Below are positions 53,719-64,000 of a DNA stretch of 64,000 nucleotides, piece by piece (within the stretch, counting starts at the first letter, position 1; each line of letters opens with the position of its first letter). Both the position numbers and the translations under genes were made by a program. The DNA is from Octopus bimaculoides (taxonomy: Eukaryota), in contig NC_068990.1 in the NCBI RefSeq assembly GCF_001194135.2, positions 81,036,684 to 81,100,683 of the forward strand, written 5' to 3'. The notes beneath the pieces are model-generated. The model made no database searches. It was not told the origin of the DNA and saw only the letters and a program-made list of their open reading frames with translations.

Positions 53719-56164
53719 NNNNNNNNNNNNNNNNNNNNNNNNNNNNNNNNNNNNNNNNNNNNNNNNNNNNNNNNNNNNNNNNNNNNNNNNNNNNNNNNNN
53801 NNNNNNNNNNNNNNNNNNNNNNNNNNNNNNNNNNNNNNNNNNNNNNNNNNNNNNNNNNNNNNNNNNNNNNNNNNNNNNNNNNNNNNNNNNNNNNNNNNNN
53901 NNNNNNNNNNNNNNNNNNNNNNNNNNNNNNNNNNNNNNNNNNNNNNNNNNNNNNNNNNNNNNNNNNNNNNNNNNNNNNNNNNNNNNNNNNNNNNNNNNNN
54001 NNNNNNNNNNNNNNNNNNNNNNNNNNNNNNNNNNNNNNNNTTTTTTTTTTTTTTTTTTTTTTTTCTTTTGCATTTGCTATAAATAAGGATTTCACACGAT
54101 ATTTTTGTCTTGCTGTACTTATTCTCTGAAGCTATCCTATTCAAAAGACTTGAACAGGTACATGAATAGCAATGGCTAATCTTCATATTTCAATTATACT
54201 CAACATTCTATAGGTCTTTTTATTTTCTATGGTCTTTTACTATTTCTCCTTTTTTCTTTGTCACTTATTTATCTATGTAAATTTTTATTAACGAAACAAC
54301 TATTTAAATTTTCACATAGAGGTGAGCTTTGAAATGTAACCAATAATTGCCAAGATGAAAGAAAATATTTATGAATCATCATGTGTTGCATATCGTGGGA
54401 ATGGGAGAATGAGGTGTTTTATATTTATCGAATATGCATATACATGTATGTGTGTGTGTGTGTATGTGTGTGTATGTGCATGTATGTGTGAGTATGGATG
54501 TGTGTGTGTTTTAGTATGCGTGTGCATGTGTGTTGTATGAGTATGTATGNNNNNNNNNNNNNNNNNNNNNNNNNNNNNNNNNNNNNNNNNNNNNNNNNNN
54601 NNNNNNNNNNNNNNNNNNNNNNNNNNNNNNNNNNNNNNNNNNNNNNNNNNNNNNNNNNNNNNNNNNNNNNNNNNNNNNNNNNNNNNNNNNNNNNNNNNNN
54701 NNNNNNNNNNNNNNNNNNNNNNNNNNNNNNNNNNNNNNNNNNNNNNNNNNNNNNNNNNNNNNNNNNNNNNNNNNNNNNNNNNNNNNNNNNNNNNNNNNNN
54801 NNNNNNNNNNNNNNNNNNNNNNNNNNNNNNNNNNNNNNNNNNNNNNNNNNNNNNNNNNNNNNNNNNNNNNNNNNNNNNNNNNNNNNNNNNNNNNNNNNNN
54901 NNNNNNNNNNNNNNNNNNNNNNNNNNNNNNNNNNNNNNNNNNNNNNNNNNNNNNNNNNNNNNNNNNNNNNNNNNNNNNNNNNNNNNNNNNNNNNNNNNNN
55001 NNNNNNNNNNNNNNNNNNNNNNNNNNNNNNNNNNNNNNNNNNNNNNNNNNNNNNNNNNNNNNNNNNNNNNNNNNNNNNNNNNNNNNNNNNNNNNNNNNNN
55101 NNNNNNNNNNNNNNNNNNNNNNNNNNNNNNNNNNNNNNNNNNNNNNNNNNNNNNNNNNNNNNNNNNNNNNNNNNNNNNNNNNNNNNNNNNNNNNNNNNNN
55201 NNNNNNNNNNNNNNNNNNNNNNNNNNNNNNNNNNNNNNNNNNNNNNNNNNNNNNNNNNNNNNNNNNNNNNNNNNNNNNNNNNNNNNNNNNNNNNNNNNNN
55301 NNNNNNNNNNNNNNNNNNNNNNNNNNNNNNNNNNNNNNNNNNNNNNNNNNNNNNNNNNNNNNNNNNNNNNNNNNNNNNNNNNNNNNNNNNNNNNNNNNNN
55401 NNNNNNNNNNNNGATCTTATATATATATATATATATACATATATATACAAACACACACAGACACGCACACACGTATATATTGAACTAAATACGCAGATAT
55501 ATAAATATCTAAACACAATAACACGCAAGTACATGATGCAGAATGTGTGATGTGTATATGAATGTATGTAATTGCACATAGAAAGGGTGTTAGTGACATG
55601 AAATTCAAGCAGAAGATTGAATGAAGAGAAAGCAGAACATCAACAACAATAAGAACAAGAATAACAAGCTGATTGCGGGCATAATGATGGAACTGCCACA
55701 GAAAAAGAAAATGGTTGGTAGCTGGCAATCTTTCTTGAATGATATCAGCTCAACGCACAGAAACAATGAGTATATATGATGCATATATATATGTATATAT
55801 ATATATATATATATATNNNNNNNNNNNNNNNNNNNNNNNNNNNNNNNNNNNNNNNNNNNNNNNNNNNNNNNNNNNNNNNNNNNNNNNNNNNNNNNNNNNN
55901 NNNNNNNNNNNNNNNNNNNNNNNNNNNNNNNNNNNNNNNNNNNNNNNNNNNNNNNNNNNNNNNNNNNNNNNNNNNNNNNNNNNNNNNNNNNNNNNNNNNN
56001 NNNNNNNNNNNNNNNNNNNNNNNNNNNNNNNNNNNNNNNNNNNNNNNNNNNNNNNNNNNNNNNNNNNNNNNNNNNNNNNNNNNNNNNNNNNNNNNNNNNN
56101 NNNNNNNNNNNNNNNNNNNNNNNNNNNNNNNNTGTGTGTGTGTCTGTGTGTGTGTGTGTGAATA

Positions 56165-56425
56165 ACTGACACGCCTTTGGTTACAACAACGAGTGTTTCA
56201 GTTGATCCGAGCGACGGAATAGGCTGCTAATGAAATTAACGTGTAAGCGTCTGAGTACTTCACACACAGGTGTACCCTTAACATACTTCTCAAGAGAGAT
56301 TCAGCGTGAACACAGTGTGACAAGACTGGTTCTTTTATAATAAAGTTACAGCCCGTTTTCGCCAGCTGAGATAAAGTATCTTGCTCAAAGACACAACACG
56401 AGACCGGGAATCGAAATTGTGACCT
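56165..56425 (-). mobile_element. SINE sharing the family B 3' tail but with a different middle
   Basis: TGAAATTAACGTG...GTGTACCCTTAAC...CAGCGTGA.CACAGTGTGACAAG matches family B; the upstream part has AAGTATCTTGCTCAAAGACACAAC and GGGAATCGAA (reverse B-box). Confidence 0.7.
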
Positions 56426-56839
56426 TACGATTTTAACACGTTCAACTCACCAGCAACTTAATAAACTAGCGAGCTGTGAAGAATATCTAATGTATTCTGA
56501 ACGTTCAATCCCATTTACTCAAGCCTATTGTACTATCGGGCTTACAAGTAGTGTCTACGTAGACAATCAATATGGCTTCTCAGTATCTTACGAACTCCTG
56601 ACACAGAAGTAAAACTAATCAGACTTCTTTTTTTTTTCGACCAAAGAAGTGTTGTTTAGTCTTTATGAATGTCTATACATTCACTATTGGCTAAAGTGTG
56701 TAGATACATTCTATTGTAGATTGTAGTATTTAATGAAAAATCATTTACTGTCTACTCTATGTTTTCAGCAGAACATTATCAAGATTGTTACAGAATTATT
56801 TTTCTTTATATGTTACCTTATATAATAGTTTCAAATTTT

Positions 56840-57038
56840 AATACAAGGCCAGAAATTTTAGGGCAGAGGAAAGTCGATTACATCGACGCCAGTGTTCAAC
56901 TGATACATAATTTAACAACTCCCGAAGGACGAAAGGCAAAATCGATCTCGGTGGAGTTTGAAATCAGAACGTAAAGACGGACGAAATAGCGCTGAGTGTT
57001 TTGCCTGGCGTGCTAACGATTCTGCCAGCTCGACACCC
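56840..57038 (-). mobile_element. SINE family A, full-length
   Basis: ACAAGGCCAGAAATTTT...GTCGATTACATCGAC...CAGAACGTAAAGACGGACGAAATA...GTGCTAACGATTCTGCCAGCTCG. Confidence 0.9.
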
Positions 57039-58457
57039 TATGTCATCTTATAAGTGAATTGGATAACCACAGTAGAAAATAAAACATAAGTCTATTTTGA
57101 CGAAGAGAAAATTGTGGAAATAGAAGCTACGAGATGTCTGCAAAGATCAATAAGATCATAAGAAAATCGGGGCTATTAAAACGGTATCTCTACATTACAG
57201 TAAGCACCCAGCAACACTAATAAGTCTATTAAAAACAGTTTAACACATTTCGTGTCGAAGAATAATCAGTAAAACAGGGACAGTCCTGTTTGGTCATAAT
57301 CATCAACTCGAATGCGTGTAATATATAATACAATTTAATCCATTACCTCCCATAATTCTATTAACTGGAATTTTGTTTATGAAACTTTGATTTCTAGCAT
57401 AAAACAGCCTTAGAAACATGCTGGAATGATCAAAATACCATTTCAAAATAACATTTTAAATAGAAATAAGCGAGATATTGGGTGAAAAATTAGCAAACCT
57501 CATTTGAATATCAGAGAAATATACCTAGTAGATATAGCAAAAAGGTTAGATATGTGTAAATATTGACAGATAATTACGAAATTTGTAATTTTTAAGTGAT
57601 CTCATATGAGATCACTGGTAGGTAATTGGTTAATGTTATAAATAATACTTCAATATGATGTTGTTTAATATTGATACTACATAATATAGTCTATATGACT
57701 GAATTGTTAGAGCGGCTGGCAACAGGCTTGCAATACTATTTACGCCTGTATGCCTATCAAGAGACCAGGATCTATTGTTTGTTTAACCGAGCATGACTTT
57801 CTCCTAATGGCATGAACCTATAGCTGTAAAGATACCTATGATACCAATATTATAATCTTTTTAATTTACATTAGAAAATTTTATTTCTACAAAATGAACG
57901 TAAATATATCAATATGATAATCATTTAAAACACAATGTACAAACAAATTTTTTATGTCGTAATATTGCAGTGCTCTTTTACAAGCTTTAACAGGATATTA
58001 AAAGTATCGTATCGTAATAGTTTTAATAAAATAGAGATCATGGTATCAACAATATGGAGTAATACAATAATAATGCTAATAGGATTGCCATTGCATTAGT
58101 AATATCTCAACTTTTGTTCTCATTTGTATAAATTTGCTGAAAATAAATGAAGCCAATTTTCTTTCATTTACCAAAGAAAATGTTTTACAAATTTAATTAT
58201 TTTCATCTTCCTTTGCAAAGAAAATAAACGGCTTTGTATTAATTTTTAAAAAATATATATTTGATCAGAATATTAAAATACAACCCAAAAAAGTAATGAT
58301 TACCAGATTTGAAATTCTTTACAGTCTCAAGGAATGTTAGTAATGTTATTTTAATTGTTTGTTTACGTTACAATGCGCAACGCAATAAAAAAAAAGGCAA
58401 TGATTATGACAAATACAACAGCTTGGAATAGTGCATGAAAAGAAGGACTTTCAATGA

Positions 58458-58510
<53 letters not shown>
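58458..58510. repeat. (TAA)n microsatellite
   Basis: Directly visible. Confidence 0.97.
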
Positions 58511-58511
<1 letters not shown>

Positions 58512-61495
58512 CTACGCAATCATCATCTCATACAATGACATGAACCACGCACTAACAAGTAACTATATTCTATACAATTGCCAATAGATTCTACAATACG
58601 CATCACACAATACATCTTCTACTGGCTCACCATCCAAAATTATAAACATGCCACAGGTGGGGTTGCGTAGTGGTTTGGTGTTTGAGGTGAGGTTGGATCT
58701 AGAGAACATACAGGAAAACTGTATGGCTTTCATAATTATGGATACTTGTTCAGTGGCAATTGACATAAACTCTTGACCAGGGTTTCGAAAGCTTTTTTGA
58801 ACGTAGGCCAAATTGGAAACGGTTGCATTTCTTTCAGGTTAATGCGAATAAAAGAAATTAAACAATTTTACAAGGCTAAAAAGGCAGCTTATTTCTTTTC
58901 CAAATTATTTAGATATCATCCTGGTTGAAATGTGGGAATCACTACGAATTTAGTAACGTTATACTCAATATCTGTTATGTATGACAAGGTATGTCGTGAA
59001 GAGTTCGAATATTTTTAGTTAACGTAAATGATAGTCACTGTGGCTTCGAGGTAAATTAGTACAAGCCAGTTTACCTGTATTTTCTCATCGGACAACGGAA
59101 CAGTTTTTGTCTCTCCCTACTTTCTGAAAATGAAGAATTCATGAAATTATATTGTGATAGTGTATCAAAAACGTTAAATCGCTATTGCTCTATACATTTC
59201 AGGATGTGAAAACACGTACTGCTTAATTTATCACACCTGGAGTTACTTCTGTTTTATCAAATAAAAAAATATTTCCTTTTTTATAATATAAAACATTGAT
59301 TCATTTGAGACAATAGCAAAAATGAAACTTTTGCTGTTTCTCCATTTATATATTTAAACCGAGATCATAATTAGTTCCAATGTGAATTATGCACAAATAA
59401 ATATCATTTGAAATCCCTTTTACATAAGCAAGCTAATCAAATTATTTCATTTTGAGCCCCATCTGAAAAAGTATGCAGATATTACAGTCTTTTTTTTTCT
59501 TTTTGCCAAAAATCAATTCTATTGAACTATGATCTAAATTTTTTGACGATGAAATAGATGCTTCGTTCTTCACTTTCAATATTTAAAATGCTAATGTCTC
59601 GGTAACCTGTCCTTAATATAGCGTTTTTCTTTTTTCTTTTTTTTTTTTTTTTTGNNNNNNNNNNTTTGTTTCTTTGTTTTACTTTGTCAACGTTGTTTGA
59701 GTGAATATGAAGAAAACATTTACATTAGTAATAATAGCAGATTTATAGGATCAATTATCTTTAGTTGTTGGCCACATCTTGCAAAGTGGGTCAGCACGTT
59801 TATGAATGGTGTACGAAATAATATGCAATTTGAATCATGATTAACAAATCTTTCTTCGACGTTTTACAGGTTTCAGAAAAGGTTTTAATTGCTTCCTGCT
59901 CTATTTGTGGTTTTACATTGATGATTCTTCCTGCTAAACGATGATCTGGTGTTTCCGTGCACGTTGTTAGTTTATATACTTAAAACGAGAGTTCATCAGT
60001 CAATAACAAAAATTATCTTCACTAATCACTATGTTTGATCATTCTTACCGTTTGGTCATTACGGATATTTTATTACATATTTTTTCAACGATATGCGTGT
60101 CATCTTGGCAAATAATATCACTGCCCTTTCAAACGACATGCTCAATTGCTTTCTAAAATAAAACGTTGTCAGTCTTAATTTCAAATGAATTACGTATCAT
60201 TAAAACACTACTGTTTTATTTATCATAATAACGTCCCTTGTACAAAACACATTTCTGTTTGGTGATATACACCCATTGAATTAATTTAGCAGAATAATTC
60301 ATGTCAGGAGGAGAATGAAATATCGATTCGGTATCTGGAGTAGGATAAGAAACAGAACAAAATATTTTATATGTACATATTTTACAATCTTAGATCCATA
60401 TCCGTTGATTTTAATATCACCCTGCTAGAGGTAGATTTACTTCGTCTGAGAGTAAATTATGAAATATCTTTATTAATTATTTTCCTCGGTTTTTCTCTAA
60501 TTAATAGTTTAACATCTACTGGAATTGATTTTTTTCTCTTAGAATATATAGTTCGATATTTCCTTGCGTAACATGTTGCCTTGAAAGACGCTCGAACACC
60601 CGAATAACCATGAAACATCAATCCCATAAAATTATGTTGAACAATCAACATCCATCGCAGTCTTACCAAACTAGCCGTAGTTTTTCATTCAGCAATAATT
60701 TCATTCAAAACTTCTACTTCATTATCAATTTCCATTAAGGGGTCAAATTTTCCTCAAATTTTAATGAGTGATCTAATATACTGTTTTATTTTAAAGTCAC
60801 ATTATTTTCAACAAATTCATTTTCTTGAAATTCATCCAGAGGTTCTGAGAGACTACATTTGCCTGACACCACGTGTCGAATTTTCAATTTAATGTTAATA
60901 TTTTTTTCACCTCCATTTAGTACTATTTTAGTACTTTTTTTTGTCCAATATCATATATGCTTTCAGAATCTTCCTTTTTAATTAAACTTTTTTGAAGATT
61001 CACATTTCGCTTTAAAGTGATTTCTGTTTTTTTTTTCATTTTCGAAAGAAGCAGAAAGAAGCATTTTTATGGTGTATGCTGATACATATAAACACACATA
61101 CATACTTACATACGCGCACGCGCAAACACGCCATCGCGCCACATACACACATACCAGTGACATTTTATGTGAACGGTGACGGCTGGCCCCATTTCCGGGC
61201 GGTGCGCGTTTTGCATTATCAGCAGCTTTCTGGCTCTTCCCCCTTATTCCTGTAGCTCTGCCCTTGTCCACTTTCAGGAAAAAGCAGAGTATCGCAATAA
61301 TAACATAACGCATGAGCTAATTTCCTTGATTACATTCCTTCTATTTAGTTTTGTTTCGAGCGCTACACCAATCATTCTCTTGAACTTTTTGGAACCATTT
61401 CTTCTCATTTCTTTTTCCATTACCCTTACGTACTTGTATCCTTCATCATTTCTTAGTGACATAATAATATCATTTTAGAAATTTATACAGGGTGT

Positions 61496-61525
61496 CCACA
61501 AAGTCTGGGTACATAGAGTGGCGGC
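61496..61525 (+). repeat. Solo Tc1/mariner-type TIR
   Basis: TA|CAGGGTGTCCACAAAGTCTGGGTACAT has the CAGGGTG start typical of DD37D/Tc1 TIRs; I saw no partner TIR in the window. Confidence 0.4.
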
Positions 61526-61654
61526 GGTGGCGGCGGCAGTGGTGGTGGTAGTGGTCGTGGTTTTGGTGATATTACAGATAATAATTATGAAGAGAAAACG
61601 AAGAAAATTGTGATTAAATAAATGCTTCTGATTTTTAATCGACTCTCTGCAGAT

Positions 61655-61692
61655 GTAATGACGACGACGACGACGACGACGACGAGGGCAAC

Positions 61693-61727
<35 letters not shown>

Positions 61728-61890
61728 GGATGATGATGATGATGTTATTGCTGCTTCTTTTCATCGTGATGGAGATAGTACTAGAAGTGAAAAGCAAACT
61801 GGTGATGGCTTGAATAATGATAATGTTATTGTAGTTGCTGGTGGTGGTGATGATGATGATGATGATGATGATGATTATGATGATGATGGG
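61655..61890. repeat. (GAC)/(GAT)/(GGT) trinucleotide arrays
   Basis: Directly visible. Confidence 0.93.
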
Positions 61891-62039
61891 GTGGAGTTGA
61901 TCTTTGGTGGTAATAGTGCTGTTGAATTCGCTCCTCTAATGAATGGAGAAAATTGTTAGATGCTGAAATCTCAAAGGGAAACACTTGAGAATATGCAAAT
62001 CGTAAGGTATCAGCTGTTGTGGTGAATGAGGTAGCAACT

Positions 62040-63250
62040 AGAGTGAAGTGGGATTGGGTAAACATATGTGGAGAAGAGGTGAATATTAGAGATATGGATT
62101 AGATAGAGAGAGAGAGAGGGAATTGAAGGCGATGTGATGATGGGAGTAATGCGTGAGAGGGATTGAAAGAACGGGAATGAGAAGAGAGAAATAGAGAGAA
62201 AAGGAAAGGGAATGAGAAGAGGCAATGTGTAGGAAATGAGTGTGTGAGAGAGAAAGACTGAAAGACAAAAGGAGGTGTGTGGAGGTGATAGTTGTAGTTT
62301 ACGTAACGAAGAAGGAGGAGGAGGAGGGGAAAGAAAAAGAGAAGAGAGAAGAAAAGAGGAAGAAAGAAGACGAGGAGGATAAAGAGAAGGAGAAGAAAGA
62401 AGACGGAGAAGGGTAGGCGTGAAGAGGAGGATGAGGAAGAAGAAGAAGAAGAAGAAGAAGAAGAAGAAGAAGAAGAAGAAGAAGAAGAAGAAGAAGAAGA
62501 AGAAGAAGAAGAAGAAGAAGAAGAAGAAGAAGAAGAAGAAGAAGAAGAAGAAGAAGAAGAAGAAGAAGACGAGGAGAGGGGGTTGAAGAGTACGAGAAGA
62601 AGCAGAAGGAGAAGAGGAGAAAGCAGAGGGAAAAGGAAGAGGAAGTGAAAGTGAAAGTGAAAGAGAAGTAGAAGGAGGAGGAGGAGGAGGAGGAGGAGGA
62701 GAAAGTGAAGAAGAAGGAGAAGGTGAAAGAGGAGGAGAAGAAGAATGAAACAGGACCAAGGAAGGATAAAACGTGAGGGAGAATTAGATGAAAAGGGAAG
62801 AATGAGAATGAAGATTAGAGAGAAAAAAGGGGAAAAAAATAGAAGGAATTTGAGAAAGGCTAGAGAGGAAAAGGAACAAAAAGAGGGAAAGAAAAAGAGA
62901 GGGAAAAAGTGAGAGGAGCAGAAAGAGAGAGAAAGAGAGAAAGAGAGACGTAGAAAGATAGAGAGAGGAGGAGAGAGAAAAGCGCATGAGGCAATAGAGA
63001 ATAGTGAAATTGTAAATGGACGTGTATGGAATATTAATATATAGAGAAACGAAGAAAATGATTTAGGAAAAGGGGACGGAAGTTATTATTGATGATGATG
63101 ATGATGACGACGAGGAGGAGGAAGGGGAGGCGTGTATAAAGGGAAAATGGTGATGGAGGTGGATGAGGTGGTGGAGAATCTGTGCAATGAGAAGTGTGGG
63201 GGGGCAGTCATAGAAACGGACGTGTAGATGAGAAAGAGCAATAAATTCTA
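62040..63250 (+). repeat. Purine-rich low-complexity tract including pure (GAA)44 at 62436-62567
   Basis: Directly visible; the + strand is almost all A/G. Confidence 0.95.
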
Positions 63251-63811
63251 AAGAAATAACTCAGTTGGATAGAGGTGAGAGAGAGAGCAAAGAAGCAGTC
63301 AGATATCATTCAAGGTGTTAAAATCTGTCGGATGACTGGTGGACCGGATCGCAGGTCAAACATTGGTTCCTACCTACACGATTTGTTTCGACATCTGGCA
63401 ACGGAGGCTGACTGTTACATAAAGCCGATAACATTCACGAAGCACTCCCGGAAATTCAGGAAACGATAAAAACTGCTGAGCATGCGAATTGCCTGGTATG
63501 GACAGTCTACTTTTGAGCTTTATGTTCGTATGCCAGATGCGTTCGGTGACTTCCTGGCAGATATCTACTAGAACTGACAGCAGAACGGAAGAATCTACAG
63601 TTATGTAAGCTTAGGAATGGGTATGCTAATTTTAACTGACCCAAATAAGAGGGCCCATATTGATAACGTTCGGTCCTAAGCAATGCTAAAATTAGATATC
63701 AAAGGATTTTGGCGATGGTGTTGACAAAGAGGTTGGCGCCTGTCGTCGGGAGTCTCATGGGTGATACGTGAACGTCCGCTGTCGCGCACACTTATATTAT
63801 CCACAACAATT

Positions 63812-64000
63812 TCCTTATTTCTTTATTGCCCACAAGGGGCTAAACACAGAGGGGACAAGCAAGGACAGACAAAGGGATTAAGTCGATAACATCGAGCTCA
63901 GTGCGTAACTGGTACTTAATATATCCACCCCGAAAAGATGAAAGGCAAAGTCGACCTCAGCGGAATTTGAACTCAGAACGTAGCAGCAGACGAAATACCG
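63812..64000 (-). mobile_element. SINE family A, tail variant 2 (runs off the window end)
   Basis: CTTATTTCTTTATTGCCCACAAGGGGCTAAACACAGAGGGGACAAG...GGAATTTGAACTCAGAACGTAG. Confidence 0.92.

Noticed and set aside
63290-63660. Protein-like stretch GRYLLELTAERKNLQLC, possibly a LINE APE endonuclease remnant
   Set aside because: Only one short, loose motif amid stops; insufficient without a search.

Overview
AT-rich eukaryotic genomic DNA from a gapped draft assembly, with about 15 large N-runs plus several 10-N gaps, nearly all flanked by microsatellites. The SINE families and the extreme (TA)n/(TG)n/(TAA)n load are most consistent with an octopus (coleoid cephalopod) genome; this is an inference from recalled repeat sequences, not a database search. 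I find no intact protein-coding gene, rRNA, true tRNA or CRISPR array. Almost all entries in the ORF track are microsatellite or N-gap artefacts. The interpretable content is a transposon graveyard: decayed Tc1, DD37D/maT-type and mariner transposases; a Tigger-like MITE; two hAT elements with perfect 8-bp TSDs, one inserted into a LINE RT; a deleted Helitron with an intact 3' hairpin-CTAG end; CR1/Jockey-group LINE fragments; and at least two tRNA-derived SINE families. Three items deserve a second look. (1) A roughly 5-kb hotspot (11.5-16.4 kb) of R4/Dong-type RLE retrotransposon pieces stacked in (TAA)n arrays. (2) A 186-bp foldback element with telomeric (CCCTAA)n at its centre (34.0-34.2 kb). 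(3) A repeat-poor minus-strand tract (57.7-60.9 kb) that may be a decayed gene, at low confidence. No novel multi-gene system can be supported from this sequence.
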